DNA from: Thermodesulfovibrionales bacterium
Lineage (GTDB): Bacteria; Nitrospirota; Thermodesulfovibrionia; Thermodesulfovibrionales; UBA6898
DNA length: 63,933 nucleotides
Assembly (NCBI GenBank): GCA_046704045.1
Contig: JBJKSM010000109.1
Location: 1 to 63,933 of the forward strand
Reading direction: 5' to 3'
Part shown: in pieces, positions 55,882 through 63,933 of the stretch
Layout: each line of letters opens with the position of its first letter
How positions within the stretch are numbered: position 1 is the stretch's first letter
Notes under the pieces: generated by a model
The model's database searches: none
The model's input: the letters and a program-made list of their open reading frames with translations, nothing else
Told to the model about the DNA's origin: nothing
Made by a program: the position numbers and the translations under genes

Positions 55882-57036
55882 ATGTTATTCTTTAAAGCCA
55901 TGACCGACGAATTCTTTATCAAGAGGACCCTGACGCTCGCGGCGCGGGCAAGGGGGATGACGAGCCCCAACCCGATGGTAGGCGCCCTTCTCGTAAAAAA
56001 CGGAAGGATCATCTCCGAGGGCTTCCATAAAAAGGCCGGGACCCCGCACGCAGAAGCGATCGCCATCGGGAGGGCGGGCGACCGCGCGGCAGGTGCGACA
56101 CTATACGTAAGCCTGGAACCCTGCTGCCACAAGGACAAGAGGACACCGCCGTGCACCCGAAAAATAATCTCGGCAAAGATCGCGAAGGTCGTCGTTTCGA
56201 TGAAAGACCCTAACCCGAAGGTCTCGGGTAAAGGGATCGAGGAACTGAGGGGCGCCGGCATAGAGGTCGTTTCGGGGATTTTAGAGGGAGAGTCGCGGAG
56301 GCTGAATGAATATTACATCAAGCACATAACGACCCGCACTCCTTTCGTGGTCATGAAGGTAGCGATGACACTCGACGGAAAGATCGCGACGCCTGGCGGC
56401 GAATCGAAATGGATCACAGGAGAAAAGGCGAGGAAGGCCGTGCACAAACTGAGGGCGGGCGTGGATGCGATCATGACCGCCATAGGAACGGTGAAGGCCG
56501 ACAATCCCAGGCTGACGTGCCGGGTCGGAGGAGAAAAGAGTCCCACCCGCGTGATCATCGACCCCGGCCTTGAAATAAACCCCGGTGCAAACGTCCTCTG
56601 CACACCGCCGGCGACGATCATAGTAACGAGAAGACAGGGGGCAAAGGGCAGGGGCGGGATGACCCCGACCGTACAATCGGAAGCCGGAAGTCGGAAGGAG
56701 AAGGCGCTGGAGGATAAAGGGATAAAGATCATCCGCTACGACGGCGAAAAGGTCGATCTACCCCTGTTGATGAAGGAACTCGGCGGGTCGGGCATCACGT
56801 CGCTTCTGATCGAAGGCGGCTCGTCCCTGAACTCCTATTGCATCGAAAGCGGCATCGTCGACAAGGTGATGTTCTTCATCGCCCCGAAGATCATCGGCGG
56901 AAAGGAATCGTACACCGCTGTCGGGGGAAAGGCATTCCGCAGCCTCCAGGAGGCCCACCACCTCCGGGACGTCAGGATAAAAAAGATCGGCGAAGACATC
57001 CTCGTAGAGGGATATTTGGACAAGTCTGAAAGCTGA
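55882..57036 (+). CDS. ribD: Bifunctional riboflavin biosynthesis protein RibD (deaminase/reductase)
   Basis: Deaminase zinc motifs HAE...PCxxxxxxxPC (HAEAIA, EPCCHKDKRTPPC) and a reductase domain (KVAMTLDGKIA, LLIEGG). The start could be 55882 or 55900. Confidence 0.92.
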   Translation: MLFFKAMTDEFFIKRTLTLAARARGMTSPNPMVGALLVKNGRIISEGFHKKAGTPHAEAIAIGRAGDRAAGATLYVSLEPCCHKDKRTPPCTRKIISAKIAKVVVSMKDPNPKVSGKGIEELRGAGIEVVSGILEGESRRLNEYYIKHITTRTPFVVMKVAMTLDGKIATPGGESKWITGEKARKAVHKLRAGVDAIMTAIGTVKADNPRLTCRVGGEKSPTRVIIDPGLEINPGANVLCTPPATIIVTRRQGAKGRGGMTPTVQSEAGSRKEKALEDKGIKIIRYDGEKVDLPLLMKELGGSGITSLLIEGGSSLNSYCIESGIVDKVMFFIAPKIIGGKESYTAVGGKAFRSLQEAHHLRDVRIKKIGEDILVEGYLDKSES

Positions 57037-57067
57037 CGAGCCTGCAAGCAGGGAAGCCTGGCAGCTA

Positions 57068-57637
57068 TCACAGCCTCGGTTTTGCGAGGATTTCGAGGAC
57101 CCTGAGGTCGAGGAACCGTTTGGATGCGGCAGACCTCAGCACCATCACCGTGTCGGCGCCGTGTCCGGTGCCTGCCACGGCGATGACCTCCTGTCCCTCG
57201 GGTATGAGCCCGGCGTCGACTGCCATCATGACGATCTCGCAGCAGACCTTTGCTCCCTCCCCGAACCTTCTGAGCGACTGGGCGATGATCATCGCGGGAT
57301 AGACACCGCTGAACTTCGCGTTCAGCGACGTCTCTATCGAATGGGTAAGTATCGTGCCGGTGAAGATCCTCGCGCCGTTCGTCTTCATCTTTTCGATCGT
57401 CTCGCCCGGGATCTCGAAGGTATTCGGCCCCCTGAAGCCGGCGGAATGGGTTACCACGACGAGGTCCATGCCTCTTTCCCTGAAGGCATCCGAGAAAAGA
57501 AGCCCGGTGCTCCCTGACGTGGAGGCGACGACGATGTGTTTATATCTTCCTTCCAGTGCCTCAGCCTTCACGATTTCAAGACACGCGCCCGTGTTGTCCT
57601 TCCCGGTCTTTTCGAAATAGACGATCTTTTTTTCCAT
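57068..57637 (-). CDS. Pyruvate kinase alpha/beta (C-terminal) domain-like protein
   Basis: MEKKIVYFEKTGKDNT...IVVASTSG.TG pattern. A strong GGAGGAG RBS precedes the ATG at 57637. Confidence 0.7.
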   Translation of the reverse strand: MEKKIVYFEKTGKDNTGACLEIVKAEALEGRYKHIVVASTSGSTGLLFSDAFRERGMDLVVVTHSAGFRGPNTFEIPGETIEKMKTNGARIFTGTILTHSIETSLNAKFSGVYPAMIIAQSLRRFGEGAKVCCEIVMMAVDAGLIPEGQEVIAVAGTGHGADTVMVLRSAASKRFLDLRVLEILAKPRL

Positions 57638-57806
57638 GAGATCTCCTCCTTGAACAAGTGGGATTGTCATCCTATTGTACCTGAACGGGGCCGTGAAGTG
57701 ATTCTTCACATGAAACGGGCGTCATTTTTATGATGCGGATCATTCCCGTTTTCCGCGCTTTCTGTTATCTTAAAATATAGAAAGAAAAGCAAGGAGGCTT
57801 CGTCAT

Positions 57807-58034
57807 ATGGTTGACAGGAAAAAGGTCGAGGAAGTGATCAACAGGATAAGACCTGCCCTTCAGAGGGACAGGGGCGACGTCGAGCTCGTCGAGATAACTC
57901 CCAACGATGTCGTAAAGGTAAGGCTCAAGGGGGCCTGCGGCACCTGCCCCATGTCGCTAATGACCCTGAAGGGCGGGATCGAGGCTGAGATGAAAAAAGC
58001 CGTGCCGGAGGTCAAAGCGGTAGAGGCGGTCTGA
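57807..58034 (+). CDS. NifU-like (Nfu C-terminal) Fe-S cluster domain protein
   Basis: V...I..IRP.L..D.GDVELV......V.V.L.GACG.CP.S..TLK. 75 aa. Confidence 0.9.
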   Translation: MVDRKKVEEVINRIRPALQRDRGDVELVEITPNDVVKVRLKGACGTCPMSLMTLKGGIEAEMKKAVPEVKAVEAV

Positions 58035-58043
58035 TCCGTCGAT

Positions 58044-60329
58044 TCACTTGTCAGCCGGGGTCGCCGGAGGCGTTTTTTTTACCGGCTTGAAATAGACTGC
58101 AGCGAGGGGGGGAAGCACTATCCTTATCGAGGAGGGTCTGCCGTGCCAGGGCACTGATTCCGCCTGTACTCCGCCGGCGTTTCCCGCATTGCTCCCCCAG
58201 TAGTCCGAGGAATCGCTGTTCAGTACCTCGCTGAAAAAAAGATCATCGGGGACCCCTATTCTGTAATCGTGGCGGGGAACAGGCGTAAAATTGCAGACGA
58301 CCACGATATAATCGTCGGTCTCCTTCGCGCGTCTGATGAATGAAATGACGCTCTTGTCGGTGTCGCGGAAATCGATCCACTCGAACCCCCTGCCGTCGAA
58401 ATCGACCTCGTGGAGGGCGGGCTCGGATGAGTAGATGCGGTTGAGTTCCCTTACATATTGTCTGAGCTTCCCGTGCTGCTCGTATTCGAGAAGCTGCCAG
58501 TCCAATGCCTGATAGAATTTCCATTCGTCCCACTGCCCGATCTCACCCCCCATAAAGAGAAGCTTCTTGCCCGGATGAGCGTACATGTAACCGTAAAAGA
58601 GCCTGAGGTTGGCGAACTTCTGCCACATGTCGCCGGGCATTTTGCTGAGCATCGACCTCTTGCCGTGCACCACCTCGTCATGGGAGAGCACAAGAATGAA
58701 ATTTTCCGAGAAGGCATAGAGGAGGCTGAAGGTGAGGCTGTTGTGGTGAAACCTCCTGTGGACGGGGTCCTTGGAGATGTATTCGAGCATGTCGTTCATC
58801 CAGCCCATGTTCCATTTCATATCGAAGCCGAGGCCGCCGAGATAAACGGGCTTTGTGACCCCGGGCCATGCCGTGGACTCCTCGGCGACCGTCAGTATCC
58901 CGGGGAAATACTTGTGAGTGACTTCGTTGAACTTCTTTATGAAGTCGATGGCCTCGAGGTTCTCGTTGCCGCCGAACTCGTTCGGGATCCAGTCCCCCTG
59001 TTTCCTCGAATAATCGAGGTAGAGCATGGAGGCGACCGCATCGACCCTCAGTCCGTCGATGTGATACTTGTCGAACCAGAAGAGGGCGTTGGAGATGAGA
59101 AAACCCCTGACTTCGCTCCTGCCGTAATTGAAGATCAGCGTGCCCCAGTCCCTGTGCTCGCCTTTGCGGGGGTCCCTGTGTTCATAGAGCCACGTGCCGT
59201 CAAAAAAAGCAAGCCCGTGGGCGTCCTTCGGGAAATGGGCAGGCGCCCAGTCGAGGATGACGCCGATGCCGTTTTGGTGGCACCTGTCGACGAAGAACAT
59301 GAAGTCCTCGGGCGTGCCATGCCTGGAAGTAACCGCGAAATACCCGATCGTCTGGTATCCCCAGGAGGCGTCAAACGGGTGTTCCAGGACCGGAAGGAGT
59401 TCTATATGGGTATACCCCATCTCCTTCACATAGGAGACCAGTTCGTCCGCCAGCTCCCGGTACGTGAGAAACCCGTCTTCTTTTTCCTGGTTTCTCATCC
59501 ACGAACCGAGATGGACTTCGTAGATGGCAACAGGGGCTTCGAACCGGTTCGAGCGGGAGCGCTTCTCCATCCACCGGCCGTCAGCCCACCGGTACCTGTC
59601 GATGTCGTATACGATCGAGGCGGTTTTCGGCCTGTGCTCGAAATAGAAGCCGTGCGGGTCGGACTTCACAGCCTCGTATTTCTGATATTTCGAGCGGATA
59701 TCGAATTTGTATTTCTCTCCCTCCCCGATTTCGGGAACAAAGATCTCCCAGATCCCCGACGTCCCGAGCAGACGCATGGGGTGTCTCCTGTCGTCCCAAC
59801 GATTGAAATCGCCGATAACATGGACGCTCCTTGCGTTCGGGGCCCAGAGCGCAAAATGCACGCCTCTTGTGCGGCCGACGCTCATCACATGTGCGCCGAG
59901 CTTTTCGTATTCCCTGTAATGCGTGCCCTCGCCGATCAGGTGGAGATCGTAATCGGTAAGGACCTGACCGAAGCAGTAGGGGTCTTTGAAAGACGACACT
60001 TCATCGTCCGGAGTTTTTATCCTGATCCTGTAGGGAAACGCTTTCTTCTGGGACAGCGGCGCGACAAAGAATCCTTCCTTATGTATCCGTTCCATTTGAA
60101 AGGAGGCGCCCGTTTTTGCGTGGACAACCCATGCCTCTTCCGCCTCGGGCAGGAACGCCCTCACCTCCAAACGTTCCTCGTCCTTGTCCGAGGGATGCAT
60201 GCCGAGGATGGCAAAAGGGTCGGGATGAATGCCTTCGATCACGAGTTTAATATCTTCCTTTCGCAACGATCCTCCCTGCCGGATGTTTTCAGTTAAAGAT
60301 ATCGTATTGTAAATCCGGGGAGATGACAA
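58044..60329 (-). CDS. glgB: 1,4-alpha-glucan branching enzyme
   Basis: 761 aa with an N-terminal CBM48 region and GH13 catalytic motifs (DWAPAHF, GLRVDAVASMLY, AEESTAWP, LSHDEVVHGK). Confidence 0.95.
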   Translation of the reverse strand: MSSPRIYNTISLTENIRQGGSLRKEDIKLVIEGIHPDPFAILGMHPSDKDEERLEVRAFLPEAEEAWVVHAKTGASFQMERIHKEGFFVAPLSQKKAFPYRIRIKTPDDEVSSFKDPYCFGQVLTDYDLHLIGEGTHYREYEKLGAHVMSVGRTRGVHFALWAPNARSVHVIGDFNRWDDRRHPMRLLGTSGIWEIFVPEIGEGEKYKFDIRSKYQKYEAVKSDPHGFYFEHRPKTASIVYDIDRYRWADGRWMEKRSRSNRFEAPVAIYEVHLGSWMRNQEKEDGFLTYRELADELVSYVKEMGYTHIELLPVLEHPFDASWGYQTIGYFAVTSRHGTPEDFMFFVDRCHQNGIGVILDWAPAHFPKDAHGLAFFDGTWLYEHRDPRKGEHRDWGTLIFNYGRSEVRGFLISNALFWFDKYHIDGLRVDAVASMLYLDYSRKQGDWIPNEFGGNENLEAIDFIKKFNEVTHKYFPGILTVAEESTAWPGVTKPVYLGGLGFDMKWNMGWMNDMLEYISKDPVHRRFHHNSLTFSLLYAFSENFILVLSHDEVVHGKRSMLSKMPGDMWQKFANLRLFYGYMYAHPGKKLLFMGGEIGQWDEWKFYQALDWQLLEYEQHGKLRQYVRELNRIYSSEPALHEVDFDGRGFEWIDFRDTDKSVISFIRRAKETDDYIVVVCNFTPVPRHDYRIGVPDDLFFSEVLNSDSSDYWGSNAGNAGGVQAESVPWHGRPSSIRIVLPPLAAVYFKPVKKTPPATPADK

Positions 60330-60438
60330 CAGAAATGTTCACCTCATCGCTGAACGGCGGCGGCAGAGCAGTCCTCAAGCCCTTTCGAAGCGATAAGATT
60401 TAATGAGGGCATGGAGCGGGCAGCCTGAAAATAACGGG

Positions 60439-60930
60439 CTACGGCTGCTTTTTTATCCCTTCCCTGGCGATAGCAATCTTGCCTGTCCGCACAAACTCCT
60501 TTATCCCCATCGGCTTCAGGAGTTCCACGATCGCCTCTATCTTCTTCTCGTCGCCGGTGATCTCAATGGTATAGGTCTTCGGTGAGGAGTCCACCACCCT
60601 GCCCCTGAAGATCTCCGCGAGCCTCAGCACCTCCGCCTTGTCTTCAGGACGGGGGGAGACCTTTATCAGCACCATCTCCCTCTCCACGTGGTCCAGTTCG
60701 GTCATGTCGACCACCTTGATCACATCAACGAGCTTGTTGAGCTGTTTGGTGATCTGCTCGATGATCCAGTCGTCGCCGGTAGTGACGATCGTCATGACCG
60801 ACGTCTGGGGGTCTATCGTCTCGCCCACCGAAAGGCTTTCTATGTTGTATCCCCTCCCGCTGAACAGCCCTGAGATCCGTGACAGCACGCCGAATTTATT
60901 CTCTACAAGAACGGATATCGTATGTCTCAT
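60439..60930 (-). CDS. ilvN: Acetolactate synthase small (regulatory) subunit
   Basis: ACT domain start [31 protein letters not shown]. 163 aa. Confidence 0.93.
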   Translation of the reverse strand: MRHTISVLVENKFGVLSRISGLFSGRGYNIESLSVGETIDPQTSVMTIVTTGDDWIIEQITKQLNKLVDVIKVVDMTELDHVEREMVLIKVSPRPEDKAEVLRLAEIFRGRVVDSSPKTYTIEITGDEKKIEAIVELLKPMGIKEFVRTGKIAIAREGIKKQP

Positions 60931-60951
60931 AGCGCTCCTCTGTAATAGGTA

Positions 60952-62688
60952 TTATTTAACGGCCTTGAGCTTCTTCTCGGCCTTCTTCGTCTCCTCGAGA
61001 AAGAGCATCGAGTCGATCGCGGCTCCTGCAGGCACCATGGGGTAGACCTTCTCCTGCCAGTCGATAATGAAGTCCATCATCACCGGCCTCTTGATGCCGA
61101 ATGCCTCCTTCAGGACCGGCTCCACCTCCGATTTCTTCGTCGCCCTCAGTCCGACGGCGTTGTATGCCTCGGCGATCTTCACGAAGTCGGGCACAGTGTC
61201 GTCGAGTTTCGTATGCGCGTACCTCTCCTGGTAGAAGAGCTCCTGCCACTGCCTCACCATGCCCAGGAACCGGTTGTTCAGTATCGCCACCTTCACCGGA
61301 AGCCTGTTGATGACGGCGGTCGCGAGCTCCTGGATGTTCATCTGTATGCTGCCGTCGCCTGCCACGTCCACGACGAGTTTGTTCGGAAAGGCGAGTTGTG
61401 CGCCGATCGCAGCAGGAAAGCCGTAGCCCATCGTCCCCAGTCCTCCTGAGGTGAGAAGGGTCCGGGGTTTGTCGAACTTGTAGAACTGCGCCGTCCACAT
61501 CTGGTTCTGGCCGACCTCCGTAGTGATGATCGCATCTCCCTTCGTCAGCTCGTTTATCTTTTCGATCACGTACTGCGGTTTGATAATATCGCTTTCCTTG
61601 TCATATGAAAGAGGGCGCTCCTCCTTCCAGGCGTCGATCTGTTTCATCCATGACTTCCTCACCTCGCGCCACTGCTCCTTCACCTCATCCTTCATCACCC
61701 TGTTCATGACGGCGAGCACTTTTTTGACGTCGCCGACGATGGGGACGTCGACGCGAACATTTTTCCTGATCGACGTCGGGTCGATATCGATATGGACGAT
61801 CTTGGCATGGGGCGCAAAGGCGTCTATCTTGCCCGTGACCCTGTCGTCGAACCGCATGCCGATCGCGACAAGGAGGTCGGACTCCTGGATCGACTTGTTG
61901 GCGTAATAGGTGCCGTGCATCCCGGGCATGCCGAGCGAGAGCTTGTGCGAACCCGGAAAAGCGCCGAGCCCCATCAGTGTCATCGTAACAGGCACTTCGG
62001 TATATTCTGCAAGCTCCTTCAGTTCCTTCGACGCCCCCGAAAGAATCACCCCGCCCCCCGCGATGATCACCGGCTTCTTCGCCCTGGCGATCATATGGGC
62101 CGCCTGGGTAATCATGAACTTGTTGCCCTCGTAGGTCGGCTTGTAGCTTCTCAGTTTCACCTCATCGGGCCATACGAACTCGGTCTTGTGGGTCGTAACG
62201 TCCTTCGGAAGATCGATCAGCACGGGACCCGGCCTGCCGGTGGTAGCGATATAAAATGCCTCCTTGATCACGCCGGCAAGGTCCGCGACATCCTTCACAA
62301 GAAAGTTATATTTCGTGCAGGGCCGCGTTATCCCTACGATATCGGCTTCCTGAAACGCGTCGTTGCCGATAAGCAGCGTCGGCACCTGGCCGGTGAAGAC
62401 GACCATCGGGATCGAATCCATCGATGCGGTCGCTATGCCGGTCACGGTGTTCGTTGCGCCGGGGCCGGAGGTGACGAGGACGACGCCGGCCTTTCCCGTG
62501 GCCCGCGCATAGCCGTCGGCCGCATGGACGGCGCCCTGCTCATGTCTCGTCAGTATCAGCTGGAGTTCCTTTTCATCATGCAGGAGGTCGAAGATATTCA
62601 GGACCACCCCTCCGGGATATCCGAAGATGTGCTTCACGCCCTCTTTCTTTAGGCTTTCGATGAATATTTCAGCACCTGATATTTTCAT
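60952..62688 (-). CDS. ilvB: Acetolactate synthase large (catalytic) subunit, biosynthetic type
   Basis: ThDP enzyme motifs ([35 protein letters not shown]). Start at the internal ATG 62688. Confidence 0.93.
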   Translation of the reverse strand: MKISGAEIFIESLKKEGVKHIFGYPGGVVLNIFDLLHDEKELQLILTRHEQGAVHAADGYARATGKAGVVLVTSGPGATNTVTGIATASMDSIPMVVFTGQVPTLLIGNDAFQEADIVGITRPCTKYNFLVKDVADLAGVIKEAFYIATTGRPGPVLIDLPKDVTTHKTEFVWPDEVKLRSYKPTYEGNKFMITQAAHMIARAKKPVIIAGGGVILSGASKELKELAEYTEVPVTMTLMGLGAFPGSHKLSLGMPGMHGTYYANKSIQESDLLVAIGMRFDDRVTGKIDAFAPHAKIVHIDIDPTSIRKNVRVDVPIVGDVKKVLAVMNRVMKDEVKEQWREVRKSWMKQIDAWKEERPLSYDKESDIIKPQYVIEKINELTKGDAIITTEVGQNQMWTAQFYKFDKPRTLLTSGGLGTMGYGFPAAIGAQLAFPNKLVVDVAGDGSIQMNIQELATAVINRLPVKVAILNNRFLGMVRQWQELFYQERYAHTKLDDTVPDFVKIAEAYNAVGLRATKKSEVEPVLKEAFGIKRPVMMDFIIDWQEKVYPMVPAGAAIDSMLFLEETKKAEKKLKAVK

Positions 62689-62926
62689 TCCTTCACTCCT
62701 CGGCGGGCCGCCCGGGACCCGGCAACGTATTGTTTTTCCGCATATTGTACCACAGAAAATACTCTTCTTGTGAATAAACACCCCATTGGCCCCACGACCA
62801 CATCGGAGACGCAGCTACTCCCGTGCAAAGAGCGTCGGGAATCCACCCGGTAAGTCCGGAAAGCTTCCGGAGGCGCCGGATGATTTGTGCCGCGGTAAGG
62901 TATAATAGGCGGGAGGAGGAACAGCG

Positions 62927-63118
62927 ATGAAAAAGATCATTCCCGCCGTTTTTGCGGCCCTGTCATTGACATTCGCCATTCTTTCCGCCGCATCCGCAGC
63001 CGATGTCAGACCGGTAGCAATCAAAAAGAGCGACAAGTGCGCCGTCTGCGGAATGTTCGTTTCTGAAGTAATCGACAAGGACCAATGGCTTATTCCTTTT
63101 CCTCTTTTTTTGGCGTAA
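62927..63118 (+). CDS. Short secreted protein with a CxxCGM (NosL/TRASH-like) motif, probably a truncated gene
   Basis: Signal peptide followed by DKCAVCGMFV. The ORF stops after 63 aa, whereas NosL-type proteins run to about 170 aa. Confidence 0.35.
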   Translation: MKKIIPAVFAALSLTFAILSAASAADVRPVAIKKSDKCAVCGMFVSEVIDKDQWLIPFPLFLA

Positions 63119-63120
63119 AC

Positions 63121-63933
63121 ATGCATAAGCGATTCTGCGTTCCTCTTATCGCGGTCTTATGCCTTTGCCTTCAGACGAACGCCGTGGCGGCCGATGCGCG
63201 TTCGCGGTCCTCACAGGCGGTCCTGCGCCCGGACCGGCTCGCCCCTATCGGCGGTATCGTCAAAGAGGCGATCCGCAGGGGAGAGATCCCCGGCGCAGTA
63301 GTGGTCGTCGGGACAGCGCGGAAGGTCTTATACCGCAGGGCATTCGGTTTCCGCTCGCTCGTCCCCCGTAAACTGCCGATGAAGAAAAACACGATCTTCG
63401 ACATCGCATCGCTGACAAAGGTTATCGCAACCACGACGGCGGTGATGCAGCTCGTCGAAAAGGGGAAGCTGCGCCTCGAAGACCCGGTGGCCCGCTACTG
63501 GCCGGAATTCGGGACAAACGGAAAGACCGATATAACGGTAAGGGAACTGCTCACCCACTATTCGGGGCTCAGACCCGACCTCGATCCCGGACCGGTCCGT
63601 TCAGGATACGACGGGGCGGTCAGGATGATCGAAGGGGAAAAACCTGTCGCCCCGCCGGGCACCCGCTTTATTTACAGCGACATCAATTTCGAGGCCCTCG
63701 GCGAACTCGTGAGGAGAATATCGGGAGAGCCGCTCGACGCCTATTGCAAAAAACATATCTTCGACCCTCTCGGAATGAGCCATACCGCATTCAGGCCGCC
63801 GCGTTCCTGGCGCAGCCGCATCGCCCCTACGGAGCGGCGGAAGGGGGTCATGCTCAGAGGGGAAGTGCAGGACCCGACCGCCTGCATGATGGGCGGCGTT
63901 GCAGGACATGCAGGGCTCTTCTCCTCCGCAGAC
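63121..63933 (+). CDS. Serine hydrolase of the beta-lactamase/PBP4*-like family (3' end outside the window)
   Basis: My own translation: MHKRFCVPLIAVLCLCLQTNAVA signal peptide, SxxK motif FDIASLTK, YSD (YxN position) and a GHAGLF box. It is open to the window end, so it is absent from the ORF track. Confidence 0.85.
   Translation, partial: MHKRFCVPLIAVLCLCLQTNAVAADARSRSSQAVLRPDRLAPIGGIVKEAIRRGEIPGAVVVVGTARKVLYRRAFGFRSLVPRKLPMKKNTIFDIASLTKVIATTTAVMQLVEKGKLRLEDPVARYWPEFGTNGKTDITVRELLTHYSGLRPDLDPGPVRSGYDGAVRMIEGEKPVAPPGTRFIYSDINFEALGELVRRISGEPLDAYCKKHIFDPLGMSHTAFRPPRSWRSRIAPTERRKGVMLRGEVQDPTACMMGGVAGHAGLFSSAD

Overview
A 63.9-kb, moderately GC-rich chromosomal segment from a Gram-negative, probably anaerobic bacterium. 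The evidence for that lifestyle is LPS heptosyltransferases, Mla/MCE genes, a TonB-dependent receptor, a T2SS-like secretin cluster, HypAB, many radical SAM enzymes, hemerythrin and sigma-54 signalling. All product calls come from motif and family recognition by eye on the supplied ORF translations and on my own translation of gaps; no searches were run.

Most of the window is housekeeping:
- lipA, a csp gene, alr, tatA, rarA, rny-ymdB, aspS and rluB
- the F1/b-subunit half of the ATP synthase operon
- mutS2, apt, mtnP, hypAB, ribD, glgB and ilvBN

Genes from about 25.4 kb down to 8.1 kb form one long co-directional minus-strand array: tatA-alr-mlaEF-MCE-gspE/K/L/M/C/D-surface protein-heptosyltransferases-DsrE/DsrH-like-GT-C.

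The most interesting locus is at 33.8-42.1 kb on the minus strand. From upstream to downstream it contains:
- a candidate sigma-54 promoter
- a TonB-dependent receptor
- a 34-codon Cys-Cys peptide gene that is too short for the ORF track, with a strong RBS
- an intercistronic hairpin
- a radical SAM/SPASM enzyme with an N-terminal extension where RiPP maturases carry a peptide-recognition (RRE) domain
- a periplasmic binding protein, a histidine kinase and a sigma-54 activator
- a near-consensus sigma-54 promoter with a 36-bp palindrome
- a multiply frameshifted NarL-type regulator and an amidohydrolase

I read this as a candidate uncharacterised RiPP (peptide metallophore or peptide signal) system.

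Other notable points:
- an in-frame TAA inside atpA
- a dispersed family of 7-nt-periodic GTGAA repeat arrays in intercistronic gaps
- a GT9-GmhB fusion
- a sulfur-relay-like gene set with a Cys-less TusA-like protein and an unlisted mini DsrH-like ORF
- a GT-C glycosyltransferase whose conserved N-terminus has no canonical start codon
- a group II intron reverse transcriptase relic
- a 730-bp non-coding gap with candidate RNA structure

No rRNA, tRNA, CRISPR array or intact mobile element was recognised.
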